Origin: Longimicrobiales bacterium
GTDB taxonomy: Bacteria; Gemmatimonadota; Gemmatimonadetes; Longimicrobiales; Gaopeijiaceae
Assembly: GCA_965202805.1 (NCBI GenBank)
Contig: OZ241869.1
Coordinates: 1,248,001-1,312,000 of the forward strand
DNA length: 64,000 bases
Direction of reading: 5' to 3'
Position numbers and translations under genes: made by a program. The notes beneath the pieces were generated by a model. The model worked only from the letters and a program-made list of their open reading frames with translations, did no database searches and was not told the origin of the DNA. Below, one piece after another: positions 38,666-48,976 of the stretch. How positions within the stretch are numbered: the stretch's first letter is position 1; the number at the start of each line of letters is the position of its first letter.

Positions 38666-39619
38666 ATGAACGAACCCAATACGCCCGCACCCGACCCCCG
38701 CCTCGCGACCGCTCCGGGCCGGCGGCGCGCCGACCTGATGGACCCGGTCGCGCTGTCTGAGGTCGGCGGCCTCGAGTTCATCGCGCGCGAGGTCGTGGAG
38801 GGATTCTACATGGGGCTGCACCGTTCGCCGCACCGCGGGTTCTCCGCGGAGTTCGCGGAACATCGGGCCTATCAGGCCGGGGATGATCTCCGCTACATCG
38901 ACTGGCGCATGTACGGACGCTCGGACCGATTCTACGTGAAGCAGTTCGAGGAGGAGACCAACCTGCGGGCATACCTGCTCCTCGACAACAGCCTCTCGAT
39001 GGCGTGGACCTCGCAGCCCGAGACGCTGGCCACCAAGTCGTGGTACGCGAAGCACCTTCTGGCCTGCATCGCGCTTCTGCTTCTGGGTCAGGGGGATCTG
39101 GTCGGCTTCGCGTCCTTCCACCACGAGATCCAGGCGAGGCTCGGACCCAGCGGAGGACGCAAGCAGTGGCACGAGATCATTCGGCGCGTCTCGCCGCTGG
39201 AGCCCACGGGGCTGACCTCCCCGCATTCAGCGCTGCGCGACATCGCCGGACGCCTGCGACGCCGCGGGCTGGTCGTGCTCCTGTCCGACCTCCTGATCGA
39301 CCCGGAGGAAACCCGGGTGGCGCTCCGCTTTCTGAAGCACTACGGGCACGAAGTGCTCGTCTTCCACGTTCTGGATCCGGGGGAGCGCGAGCTGCCTCCC
39401 GCCGGGGACGTGCGCTTCTTCGATCCCGAGAGCCGCGAGGAGATTCAGATCAGCGTGCCGGACATGCGCCGCGAGTACAGGGAGGCGGTGGAGAGCGCGA
39501 TCGCCGAGTGGGAGCGTGCCACAAAGCCCTACGGGATCGACTACTGCATGATCGAAACCAGCCAGCCCTTCTCGCTCGCCCTGAGGGCCTATCTGCGCAA
39601 GCGGCAGAGGCTGGGATAG
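38666..39619 (+). CDS. DUF58 (MoxR-associated, vWA-like) protein
   Basis: GLHRSPHRGFSAEFAEHRAYQAGDDLRYIDWR, YVKQFEEETN, LLDNSLSM, VLLSDL, LDPGE. Confidence 0.92.
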   Translation: MNEPNTPAPDPRLATAPGRRRADLMDPVALSEVGGLEFIAREVVEGFYMGLHRSPHRGFSAEFAEHRAYQAGDDLRYIDWRMYGRSDRFYVKQFEEETNLRAYLLLDNSLSMAWTSQPETLATKSWYAKHLLACIALLLLGQGDLVGFASFHHEIQARLGPSGGRKQWHEIIRRVSPLEPTGLTSPHSALRDIAGRLRRRGLVVLLSDLLIDPEETRVALRFLKHYGHEVLVFHVLDPGERELPPAGDVRFFDPESREEIQISVPDMRREYREAVESAIAEWERATKPYGIDYCMIETSQPFSLALRAYLRKRQRLG

Positions 39620-39631
39620 GAGCCGGGCGGC

Positions 39632-41593
39632 GTGGGCTTTCTGAACCCCCTCTTCCTCGCTGCCGCGGCGGTCGTTGCGGTCCCGCTGATTCTTCATCTC
39701 TTCCACCGCCACGAGTTGCGCCGGGTCCCGTTCCCCGCGCTGCGCTATCTGCTGCGCGCCACGCGCGATCACGCGCGCACCATTCGCATCCGCCAGCTGC
39801 TCCTGCTGCTCCTCAGGGTGGCCATCTGCCTCCTGCTCGTGCTGGCGGGCAGTCGGCTCTTCTGGAGGGGCGCCGGCGGCACCCACCAGCCCACCGCGCT
39901 GGTGATCATCCTGGACAACTCGCTCAGCTCGGGGCTGGTTCAGGGAGAACAGCGCATGCTCGATCGACTGAAGGCGCTGGCCCTCGAGACCCTCGACGAG
40001 GCCGGGCCCGAGGATCGCATCTGGGTGATGAGGGCCGGAGAGCCCTGGGATGTCGCGGTCCCGGGGTCTCCCGTCGAGGCTCGCGCGCGCGTGCTTGAGA
40101 CGCAGGTGAGCAGCGGACGGGGGGATCTCGGCGGCGCGATCGAAAGAGCCGGCGCCCTGGTCTCGGCGGCGCCCCTCGACGAAACCGAGATACAGCTGCT
40201 GTCGGACCTGCAGGCCACCGCGTTCCCGGACGGCGCTCCCCTGGCGCTGCCCGCCGACACCCGTCTCCTTGTGTACCAGCCACCGTCCTCCACGGAGGAC
40301 AACCGTTACCTGAGGGAGGTACTCGTGGGCGGGGGTCTCGCGCCCATGGCGAACGAGCGTTCCCAGGTGTCCATCGCGGTCGGCGGCACGAGAGAGGGCG
40401 CCGATACCCTGGCCGTGCGGCTGGTGGCGGGAGGGCGCACCGTCGGCGCGACCACCATAACGGCGGGATCGGAGGCGCTGCTCGGCGTGGGCCCGTTCGC
40501 CGGGGGCGTGGTGGTGAGCGGGTACGCCGAGATCGACCCGGACGCGCTACGCGGCGACGATCGCCGCTATTTCTCGGTCTCGGTGCGTCCTCCGGTGGCG
40601 GTGTCCCTCCGGGGAGAGGACGGATTCTTCCTCGAGCAGGCGATCGAGGTGCTGGCCCGGGCGGGGCGGGCACAGCGGACGGCGGACGCGGCGGCCGAGG
40701 TTGTCGTGAGCATCGGTGGAGAGGGGTTGGATGGGCGGCCCGGCAGCGCCGCCGCGGTCGTGCTTCCACCATCCGACGGAGCCATGCTTCCCGCCCTCAA
40801 CCGGCAGCTCCTGCTGGCGGAGATTCCGTGGCGCTACGAGAGCGAGACCGGCGCCGGGGAGATCGGCGTGGCCGACAGCCGCCTGCCGGTCGCGCTCGAC
40901 GAGGTGCGCATCCTCCGCCGCTATCGCCTGGTGGCCAACGGAGAGGAGGAGGCGGGGCTGGTGCAGGCCACCCTCGACTCGGGCGAGCCCTGGATCGTGA
41001 CCGGCGATGCGCCCGGCGGACCCTACCTGCTGGTCGGCTCTCCGATGGACGCCGAAGCCACCAGCCTGGCCGTATCCGCCCCCATGCTGCCCCTGGTCGA
41101 GTGGATGGTTTCGCGCTGGCCCTTCCAGAGCGAGGACAGATCGTTCACCGTCGGCGATGTTCTGCCGATCCCGGCCGGCGTTGACGCCATCGCCGACGCC
41201 GGCGGCGCGCGGACGCCGGCCGCGGTGGGCGCCCGGTTCGTCGCGCCCGCTCCGGGGCTCTATCGCCTCCTGGCCGGCGACTCCCTGGTGCAACAGGTCG
41301 CGGTCAACCCGCCCGAGGCGGAGTCGATCCTCGAGCCGGTCCCGGACGGCGTCCTCGGCAGCCTTCTGGGGGACGACTACGACCGGGCGGACGCGTCGTC
41401 CTGGCGCCGCTCGATCTTCGCCAGCCGGCAGGGCACCGAGGTATGGCGCTGGCTCCTGGTCGCGGCGCTGGCCCTCCTGCTCGTGGAGTCCCGGGTTGCC
41501 GCGACCGGCCGGCGCGCCCGCTCCCCGGGCCACGCGGCCATGACCGCCTCCCGCGGACCGTCCGCCCCCGGCCCCCTTTCGCGAGCCGGATGA
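39632..41593 (+). CDS. BatA-domain / vWA membrane protein
   Basis: BatA N-terminus FLNPLFL...VPLILHLF...VPFPALRYL; vWA MIDAS-like IILDNSLSS; C-terminal TM WRWLLVAALALLLVE. Confidence 0.85.
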   Translation: MGFLNPLFLAAAAVVAVPLILHLFHRHELRRVPFPALRYLLRATRDHARTIRIRQLLLLLLRVAICLLLVLAGSRLFWRGAGGTHQPTALVIILDNSLSSGLVQGEQRMLDRLKALALETLDEAGPEDRIWVMRAGEPWDVAVPGSPVEARARVLETQVSSGRGDLGGAIERAGALVSAAPLDETEIQLLSDLQATAFPDGAPLALPADTRLLVYQPPSSTEDNRYLREVLVGGGLAPMANERSQVSIAVGGTREGADTLAVRLVAGGRTVGATTITAGSEALLGVGPFAGGVVVSGYAEIDPDALRGDDRRYFSVSVRPPVAVSLRGEDGFFLEQAIEVLARAGRAQRTADAAAEVVVSIGGEGLDGRPGSAAAVVLPPSDGAMLPALNRQLLLAEIPWRYESETGAGEIGVADSRLPVALDEVRILRRYRLVANGEEEAGLVQATLDSGEPWIVTGDAPGGPYLLVGSPMDAEATSLAVSAPMLPLVEWMVSRWPFQSEDRSFTVGDVLPIPAGVDAIADAGGARTPAAVGARFVAPAPGLYRLLAGDSLVQQVAVNPPEAESILEPVPDGVLGSLLGDDYDRADASSWRRSIFASRQGTEVWRWLLVAALALLLVESRVAATGRRARSPGHAAMTASRGPSAPGPLSRAG

Positions 41594-44500
41594 ACGCGGC
41601 CGACAACGCCATTCTCGACCTGATCGAGGCGACCACGCCCTTCCGGTCGCTGCGGGCGCGGCTGCCGGCCGCAGGCAGCGAGTTGCGTCTCGGGGGCACG
41701 GCCGGCTCGCTGGGACACGCGGTGCTGGCCGCCCTGGCCCGCGCGACGCGGGACCGCCTGGTCGTGCTCCTCGCCCCGTCGCCGGACGGGGCGGTCGCGG
41801 CCGAGGCGGATCTGGAAGCCCTCGTGGGCTCCGATTGGGTCGCGGCCTATCCCCAGCGGGAGTCCCTCCCCTACGAGAGCGACGACTTCCACATCGAGAT
41901 CGAGGGGCGTCGGGTCGAGGCCGTGGAGGCCGTCTTCGGCAACCGCTGCCGCCTGCTGGTGACCACGCCGCGCGCCCTCCAGGAACGAGCCTCCTTCCCC
42001 ACCCGGCTCACCCACCTGCACCTCACGCTGAAGACGGGCGACGAAGTGGGGCTCACCGCTCTGGCGGGCAAACTGGCGGAGCGCGGGTTCCACAAGGCTC
42101 CCCTGGTGGAGGAAGTCGGTCAGTTCGCAGTGCGCGGGGGCATCGTGGATGTCTTCTCCTTCGGTTCCCCCGATCCGGTGCGCGTCGAGTTCCTGGGGGA
42201 CGAAATCGGCTCCATGCGCCGCTTCGACATCCTCGACCAGCGCTCCAAGGGGTCGATCGCCGAGGTACGCCTGCTCCCGGTCAGGCTGGACGACGGCGGG
42301 GGACCGGGCGCTCCGGGCGCGCCCCGCTCCCTGCTCGACCTGCTGCCCGCGGACACCCTGGTCGCGCGCTGGGCGGCCCACGACCTGAAGGACTCCGCCG
42401 ACCACACGTGGCGAGAGGTGGAACGCCGCCACGCCGAAGCCGTCGCGGGTGGGGACGACCCTCCCCCGCCGGACACGGTCTGCCTCCGCCCCGGCGGCCT
42501 GCTCGAGCGGCTGGCCGCCTTCCCCGGGCTGGCCCTTTCCCCCGCCGCCGACGGCCGGATCCTCTTCGACTCGGAGTCGCCCCCCGCCATCTCCCGTGAC
42601 ATGAAGCGGTTGAAGCAGGTGCTGCGCGACGGCGCCGCCCGCGGCGACCGCACCCTGATCCTCTGCGACAACGAGGGGCAGATTCAGCGCCTGGAGGAGA
42701 TCCTCGGAGGGCAGATGCGCCTGGCCGCGGGCACCCAGCTCGCCGTGGGAGCGCTGGAGCGGGGCTTCACGCTCAACGACTCGCTCCCGCGCCTGCGAAT
42801 CCTCACCGATCACGAGATCTTCCTGCGCACGCGCCGCATTCGCCGGCAGCGGCGCTTTCGCGGCTCGGCCTCGCTGGAGAGCGTCGCGCAACTCGCCCCC
42901 GGGGACGCGGTCGTGCACATGGACCACGGCATCGGCCGCTTCCGGGGGCTGGAGCACGTCACCATCGGAGGCGAGGAAATCGAGTCGATTCTGATCGAGT
43001 ATGCGGGCGCCGAGTTCCTGCGCGTTCCCGTGTACCGGCTCGATCTCCTGGAACGCTGGGTCGGCAGCACCGAGGAAGCGGAGCCGCCGCCCGTGCATCG
43101 CATCGGGGGGAAGCGCTGGAAGAATCTGCGCGCCCGCACCGAGCAGGCCATCCGCAAGGTCGCCACCGAACTTCTCGAGCTCTACGCCCGCCGCGAGATG
43201 GCCGGGGGTCACCCGTTCGCTCCGGACACCCGCTGGCAGAAGGAGATGGAGTCCTCCTTCCTCTACGAGGACACGCGCGATCAGCGGCGCGTGGTCGAAG
43301 AGATCAAGCGGGACATGGAGGCGGCCGCGCCCATGGACCGGCTGGTCTGCGGAGACGTGGGCTACGGCAAGACCGAGGTGGCGATTCGCGCCGCCTTCAA
43401 GGCGGTCCAGGACGGAAAGCAGGTCGCCGTGCTCGCGCCAACCACGGTGCTGGTCGAGCAGCACGCGCGGACCTTCGGAGAGCGTCTCGCCGACTACCCG
43501 GTGACCGTGGGGGCGCTGAACCGGTTCCGGAGCGCGAAGGAGACGACCCGCCTGCTGGAACAGATCCGCGGCGGAACGCTCGACGTTGCCATCGGCACCC
43601 ATCGCCTGCTTTCGAAGGATGTCGTCTTCCGCGACCTCGGACTCCTCGTCGTCGACGAGGAACAGCGATTCGGGGTCCGCCACAAGGAGCGGCTCAAGGA
43701 GCTGAGGGCCTCGGTGGACGTGCTCACCCTCACGGCCACGCCCATACCGCGCACCCTCCAGCTCTCCCTCGCGGGCCTGCGCAACCTTTCGCTCATCCGG
43801 ACGCCGCCCCGCGACCGGGTCCCCATCACCACCCATGTCATCCCCTGGAACGACCACATCCTGTACGACGGCCTGTGGCGGGAGCTCGACCGGGGCGGCC
43901 AGGTCTTCTTCCTCCACAACCGCGTGCAGACCATCCACAGCACCGCCGAGAAGGTGCGCGCGCTTGCGCCCGGCGCGGCTGTCGCGGTCGCCCACGGCCA
44001 GATGGGCGGCCGCCAGCTCGACCGCGTGATGCTCGATTTCGTCAACGGTGACCTGGACGTGCTGGTCTGCACGGCCATCATCGAGAACGGCCTGGACGTC
44101 CCCAACGCCAACACGCTGATCGTCGACCGCGCGGACCGCTTCGGGCTCGCGCAGCTCTACCAGATTCGTGGCCGGGTCGGGCGCTCCGACCGCCACGCGC
44201 ACTGCTACCTGGTCGTCCCCGACGGCGTTTCCAGAGACGCGATGCGGCGCGTGCGCGTGCTCGAGCGCCACACCGACCTGGGCAGCGGCTACGCCGTGGC
44301 GATGCGCGACCTGGAGATGCGCGGCGCCGGCAACCTGCTGGGAGAGGACCAGTCGGGGTACGCGCAGGCGGTCGGCGTCGATACCTACATGCGTCTGCTG
44401 CGCAAGACCGTGGAGCGAATGAAGCGGGGACGAACCGAGGAGCCCGCACCGCGCGATCCGGAGATCTCGCTCGCCGGATCGGCCTACCTGCCGGACAGTT

Positions 44501-44907
44501 ACGTGCCCGATTCGGGGCAGAAGCTCCACCTCTACCGGCGTCTGTCGCGCATCACGACCAAGACCGGACTCGACGAGTTCGCCGCGGAGTTGCGCGATCG
44601 CTTCGGGGCGCTGCCGCCCCCGGCCGACCGCCTGCTCGACGGCCACGTGCTGCGCCTGCTGGGCCGCGGGATCGGCCTCCGGCGCATCCTGGTGCGCGGA
44701 CGGCGCGCACGACTCACCTTCCGTGACGACATGGTGCCCCGGCTCGCCGCGCTGGAAGAGCCGCTCCGGGACCGATTGGTGGCCGTGGAGGTACGCAGGA
44801 TGTCGCCCCTGTCGCTCGTGCTCCGACAGGAGGGCGCGGATCCGCTGACCGCGACGCTGATCCGGGCGCTGGCCCGGCTGTCGGCGAACCGCGCCAGAGC
44901 CGCCTGA
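41590..44907 (+). CDS. mfd: Transcription-repair coupling factor
   Basis: FAVRGGIVD, VVHMDHGIGRF, MDRLVCGDVGYGKTEVA, VVDEEQRFG, TATPIPRTL, GLAQLYQIRGRVGRS, DLEMRGAGNLLG. Confidence 0.97.
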   Translation: MNAADNAILDLIEATTPFRSLRARLPAAGSELRLGGTAGSLGHAVLAALARATRDRLVVLLAPSPDGAVAAEADLEALVGSDWVAAYPQRESLPYESDDFHIEIEGRRVEAVEAVFGNRCRLLVTTPRALQERASFPTRLTHLHLTLKTGDEVGLTALAGKLAERGFHKAPLVEEVGQFAVRGGIVDVFSFGSPDPVRVEFLGDEIGSMRRFDILDQRSKGSIAEVRLLPVRLDDGGGPGAPGAPRSLLDLLPADTLVARWAAHDLKDSADHTWREVERRHAEAVAGGDDPPPPDTVCLRPGGLLERLAAFPGLALSPAADGRILFDSESPPAISRDMKRLKQVLRDGAARGDRTLILCDNEGQIQRLEEILGGQMRLAAGTQLAVGALERGFTLNDSLPRLRILTDHEIFLRTRRIRRQRRFRGSASLESVAQLAPGDAVVHMDHGIGRFRGLEHVTIGGEEIESILIEYAGAEFLRVPVYRLDLLERWVGSTEEAEPPPVHRIGGKRWKNLRARTEQAIRKVATELLELYARREMAGGHPFAPDTRWQKEMESSFLYEDTRDQRRVVEEIKRDMEAAAPMDRLVCGDVGYGKTEVAIRAAFKAVQDGKQVAVLAPTTVLVEQHARTFGERLADYPVTVGALNRFRSAKETTRLLEQIRGGTLDVAIGTHRLLSKDVVFRDLGLLVVDEEQRFGVRHKERLKELRASVDVLTLTATPIPRTLQLSLAGLRNLSLIRTPPRDRVPITTHVIPWNDHILYDGLWRELDRGGQVFFLHNRVQTIHSTAEKVRALAPGAAVAVAHGQMGGRQLDRVMLDFVNGDLDVLVCTAIIENGLDVPNANTLIVDRADRFGLAQLYQIRGRVGRSDRHAHCYLVVPDGVSRDAMRRVRVLERHTDLGSGYAVAMRDLEMRGAGNLLGEDQSGYAQAVGVDTYMRLLRKTVERMKRGRTEEPAPRDPEISLAGSAYLPDSYVPDSGQKLHLYRRLSRITTKTGLDEFAAELRDRFGALPPPADRLLDGHVLRLLGRGIGLRRILVRGRRARLTFRDDMVPRLAALEEPLRDRLVAVEVRRMSPLSLVLRQEGADPLTATLIRALARLSANRARAA

Positions 44908-44987
44908 CGCGATACCGGGGACGTGGGCGAGCGAACTCCGGGGAATGGGCATAGTATGTACGCAGGCCTGACCATCGGGAGTGAAAC

Positions 44988-46445
44988 ATGAAGGGTTCCG
45001 CACACACCGTCCCACGGATGCTTGGCATCGTCTGCCTCGCGGCTCTCCCCGCGATCGGCGGGTGCGGCGATTCCGCTCCGGGAGACGAAGTCGTCGCCCG
45101 CGCCGCCGGCTACGAGCTGTCCGTGGACGAGACCGCCGATCTGCTCGCGCGCCAGACGCAGCTTCCCGACCAGGCCGACGTGGTGGAGGCCATCGCCGGT
45201 CTCTGGATCGACTACACCCTGTTCGCCGTCGCCGTCCTGGAAGACTCGACCTTCCAGCACATCGACCTGCTCCCGCTGGTGAGGCAGGAGATCGAGCAGG
45301 AACTGGTGGCGCGCCTGCGCGAGCGCGTGATCCAGGTGGACACCGCCTTCACCGAAGAACAGCTGCGGCAGATCTACGAGGAGCAGTCGGCGGGGGCGGA
45401 GGTGCGCGCGCGCCACATTCTCCTTTCGCTCGATCCGGGAGCGGACGCCCCCACCGCCGACAGCGTCATGGAGTTCGCCGGCGGCCTGCGCGAGAGGATC
45501 CTGGCGGGGGAGGACTTCGCGGCACTGGCCGGTGAGTTCAGCCAGGATCCGGGGACGGCGACCCAGGGCGGAGACCTGGGCTCCTTCCGGCGCGGCCAGA
45601 TGGTTCCGGCCTTCGACTCCGCGGCGTTCTCGCTGGAGCCCGGAGAGCTGAGCGGCCCCGTGCGTACGGGCTTCGGCGTCCACATCCTGCGGGTCGACGA
45701 ACGGACCCAGCTCCCCTTCGAGGAGGCGCGCTCCCAGTTCGAGCCGCAGCTCAAGCTCGGTCTCGTCAGCCAGGCCGAGGAGGCCTACCTGGCCCGGGTC
45801 ATGAGCCGCGCGGAAATGGAGCCGGTGGATGGAGGCGCCGAGATCGCCCGCCAGCTGGCCGCGCGTCCCAGCCAGCGCCTCAGCAACCGGGCCGCGGCCC
45901 GTGAACTCTTCCGCTTCGAGGGGGGAGCATACACGGCGGCCGACTTCCACCGCTTCCTGGCCGAGCAGGGACCACCCTTCCGCGCGCAGGTGCGCACCGC
46001 CACCGATGACCAGCTGACCGGGCTTCTCGGGAACCTCGCCCAGAGCAAGGTCCTGGTGAACGAGGCCGAGCTGGCCGGCATCTCGCTCAGCGACGCCGAA
46101 CAGGACTCGCTGCTCGTGGTCGCCCGCACCCGCTTCACGCGCGCGGCCCGCGATCTGGAGCTGACCAGCGTGACGCCGGCGGAGGGGGAATCGACGCGGG
46201 ACGCCGTCGAGGCCATCGTGCGCGGCGTAATGCAGCGCATCATCGACGGAGACGAGAACATTCCGGCCCTCGGACACCTCTCGTTCGCGCTGCGGGAGGA
46301 GTACCGTTCCGACGTGTACGAGAACAGCTTCAACGCCGTGACGCAGCGCACCAGCGAGTTCAGGGTGATCCGGGGCCGCTCCCAGCCGATCCAGCCCCCG
46401 GACTCCCCGGCCGCGGCTCCCAACGCGCCGCCGCCCGGCAATTGA
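44988..46445 (+). CDS. Parvulin-type peptidyl-prolyl isomerase, lipoprotein
   Basis: Lipobox IGG-C; PpiC domain VRARHIL...GEDFAALAGEFSQDPG...GGDLG.F.RGQMVPAFD.AAF...VRTGFGVHIL. Confidence 0.88.
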   Translation: MKGSAHTVPRMLGIVCLAALPAIGGCGDSAPGDEVVARAAGYELSVDETADLLARQTQLPDQADVVEAIAGLWIDYTLFAVAVLEDSTFQHIDLLPLVRQEIEQELVARLRERVIQVDTAFTEEQLRQIYEEQSAGAEVRARHILLSLDPGADAPTADSVMEFAGGLRERILAGEDFAALAGEFSQDPGTATQGGDLGSFRRGQMVPAFDSAAFSLEPGELSGPVRTGFGVHILRVDERTQLPFEEARSQFEPQLKLGLVSQAEEAYLARVMSRAEMEPVDGGAEIARQLAARPSQRLSNRAAARELFRFEGGAYTAADFHRFLAEQGPPFRAQVRTATDDQLTGLLGNLAQSKVLVNEAELAGISLSDAEQDSLLVVARTRFTRAARDLELTSVTPAEGESTRDAVEAIVRGVMQRIIDGDENIPALGHLSFALREEYRSDVYENSFNAVTQRTSEFRVIRGRSQPIQPPDSPAAAPNAPPPGN

Positions 46446-46597
46446 AGGCGATGCCCGCGCACGTGGCCCGGCGACCTCGGGATCCCGCGGCCGCTCGCTC
46501 CGGAACCCGGCGCCAGCACGGGGTTTACACGGGATCGAAGCACGGATGTGCGTTCCGTCCTCCGCTCGATCCCCCGATAGCCGCAGGTCCAAACCGC

Positions 46598-47944
46598 ATG
46601 GCGAAGCCTCTTCTTCCGACCCCTGGCCGCCCTGCCCCGCGGCCTCTCCTCATCCTCGCGCTGCTCTTCTGCCCCGCCCTGGCGCGGGCACAGGAGCCGG
46701 GACGCCTCCCGGAAGTCGTCGACGGCGTCGTGGCGATCGCCGGCGATTCGGTGATCCTGCGATCCGAGGTGCAGGAACGCCTGCTCCAGATGCGCGCCAG
46801 CGGGGCGCCCATGCCGGAAGATCCGGCGGGCATCATGCGCCTTCAGGATGAAATCGTCGAATCCCTGGTCAACGAGCAGCTTCTCCTGCAGGCAGCCGAG
46901 AGCGACAGCACCATCATCGTCTCCGACGAGGAACTGGAGGCCATCGTCCAGCAGGACCTGGACGAGCGAATACGCAACGTAGGAGGAATGGGGCAGCTGG
47001 TGGCCCTCCTCGGCGAACAGGGACTGAACCTCATCAGCTACCGCGAAATGCTGAAGGAGCAGGCGCGCCGGCAGCGCCTGCAGTCCCTCTGGGTGGGCAG
47101 GCGACGCGCGGACATCGGCCCCATCGTGGTGACCGAAGGAGAGGTGCGCGACTTCATCGACGCGCAGCGCGAGCAACTGCCCAAGCGCCCGGCCTCCATC
47201 ATCTTCCGCCAGGTCCTCGTGCGCGCCGAGCCATCCGACTCCACCCGTGAGGCGGCCCGGCTGGAGGCGGAGCGCCTGCTGGGGCTCATCCGCGAGGGAG
47301 AGGACTTCGAGGAACTCGCCCGCCGGTATTCCCGGGATCCGTCGAGCGCGGCGCAGGGCGGAGATCTGGGATGGTTCCCCCGGGGACGCATGGTGCGCGA
47401 GTTCGAAGACGCCGCCTTCGGGATGTTCCAGGAGGGACAGGTGAGCGACGTGGTCGAGACCGACTTCGGCGCGCACATCATCCGCGTCGACCGCATCAGC
47501 CTCGGGGAACGGAGGGCGCGGCACATCCTCATCACCGCGGAAACCAACGCAGGCGATGAGGAGGCCGCGCAGGTTCTGGCGGATGAGCTTCTCGAGCGGG
47601 CACGCGGCGGCGAGTCCATGAGAGCGCTTCACGAGGAGTACGGGTACAAGGCCCAGCCGCCGCTGGATTCGCTCCAGATCTTCACGCCCCAGCTCGGATC
47701 GCTCCCCCCCGGATACGTCAGCGAGATCGGGTCGGCCGCGGATGGGGATGTCGTCGGCCCCATCGAATTCGATGACCGCGGCAAGGTGTTCGCGGTGGTC
47801 AAGGTGCTCGAGACGCGGCCGGAGGGCGACTACACCTATGACGATCTGCGGACCCGCGTGGAGGATCAGCTGCGCGAGACCAAGGTGCTGGACGAGATCA
47901 TCGAAGAGTTGCGCGCACGGGCGCACGTCGAGCTTCGGCCCTGA
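46598..47944 (+). CDS. surA: SurA-like periplasmic chaperone/PPIase
   Basis: Signal peptide ARA-Q; SurA N-terminal VDGVVAIAGDSVILRSEV; PpiC domain GEDFEELARRYSRD...GGDLGW; ends LRARAHVE; lies upstream of pdxA as in many bacteria. Confidence 0.8.
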   Translation: MAKPLLPTPGRPAPRPLLILALLFCPALARAQEPGRLPEVVDGVVAIAGDSVILRSEVQERLLQMRASGAPMPEDPAGIMRLQDEIVESLVNEQLLLQAAESDSTIIVSDEELEAIVQQDLDERIRNVGGMGQLVALLGEQGLNLISYREMLKEQARRQRLQSLWVGRRRADIGPIVVTEGEVRDFIDAQREQLPKRPASIIFRQVLVRAEPSDSTREAARLEAERLLGLIREGEDFEELARRYSRDPSSAAQGGDLGWFPRGRMVREFEDAAFGMFQEGQVSDVVETDFGAHIIRVDRISLGERRARHILITAETNAGDEEAAQVLADELLERARGGESMRALHEEYGYKAQPPLDSLQIFTPQLGSLPPGYVSEIGSAADGDVVGPIEFDDRGKVFAVVKVLETRPEGDYTYDDLRTRVEDQLRETKVLDEIIEELRARAHVELRP

Positions 47945-47974
47945 TCCCCCGTTGCCCATCGTTCCAGGACTGAC

Positions 47975-48976
47975 GTGACCGCTTTTGCCCCCGCTCCACC
48001 CGCGCGACTCGCCGTGACCCTCGGGGACCCGCGCGGCATCGGGCCCGAAGTGATGTCGGTGGCCGCCCGCCGCTTCCTGGACGAAGACCCGGGCGTCGAA
48101 CTGCTCGTGCTGGGACCGGCGGGGGCGGACCCGGGGGTGGGCGAGTATCGGGCCATGGGAACGTGGGACGGCTCGGAGGTGAGCGCGGGAGCGTTGTCGT
48201 TCGCCGCGCTGGAGAACGCGGTGGGGCTGGCGATGGAAGGTGTGGTGGCCGGGATCGTGACCGGACCGGTGCACAAGCCCGCGCTGCAGGCGGCGGGGAG
48301 CCGCCATCCCGGGCAGACCGAGTTGCTGCAGGCGCTCGCCGGGGCCGACGGATCCGGGATGCTCATGTGTGCCGAGCGGACGCGCCTGGGGGCTCCCCTG
48401 CGGGTTCTGCTGGCCACCCGGCACATCCCGCTGGCGCGGGTCGCTTCGCAGGTGACGGTAACCCTGCTCGTTCAACAGACCCGCCTCATGCTCGCGGGGC
48501 TGCGGACGGACTGGGCCATTGCCGAGCCGCGGGTCGCGCTGTGTGCGCTCAACCCGCACGCGTCCGATGGCGGCCTCTTCGGCGATGAAGAGGACAAGGT
48601 GTACGCGCCCGCCCTCGAAGCCCTGGCGCGCGAGGCCGGAAGGGTGGCCGGTCCTCTCCCCGCCGACACCGTGTTCGTGCGCGCGCTGCGGGGCGAGTTC
48701 GACGCGGTCGTCGCCCCCTACCACGATGTGGCGATGGCGGCCCTGAAGACGGTCTCCTTTGGCACAGGGGTGAACGTGACCCTGGGGTTGCCCTTCGTGC
48801 GCACCTCTCCCGACCACGGCACCGCCTTCGACATCGCCGGCCGGGGAGTGGCGGACGCCTCCTCCGCGCTGGAGGCATTGCGCCTTGCGAGCCGCGTCGC
48901 CGCCAACCGGTCGGCCACCACCCGTGGCGCCGGAGGGCAGGGAGACCGGACCGCGCCGCTGTCCGCGACCGCATGA
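47975..48976 (+). CDS. pdxA: 4-hydroxythreonine-4-phosphate dehydrogenase
   Basis: TLGDPRGIGPEV, VTGPVHK, LNPHASDGGLFGDEE, GPLPADTVF, YHD, VNVTLGLPFVRTSPDHGTAFDIAG. Confidence 0.95.
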   Translation: MTAFAPAPPARLAVTLGDPRGIGPEVMSVAARRFLDEDPGVELLVLGPAGADPGVGEYRAMGTWDGSEVSAGALSFAALENAVGLAMEGVVAGIVTGPVHKPALQAAGSRHPGQTELLQALAGADGSGMLMCAERTRLGAPLRVLLATRHIPLARVASQVTVTLLVQQTRLMLAGLRTDWAIAEPRVALCALNPHASDGGLFGDEEDKVYAPALEALAREAGRVAGPLPADTVFVRALRGEFDAVVAPYHDVAMAALKTVSFGTGVNVTLGLPFVRTSPDHGTAFDIAGRGVADASSALEALRLASRVAANRSATTRGAGGQGDRTAPLSATA

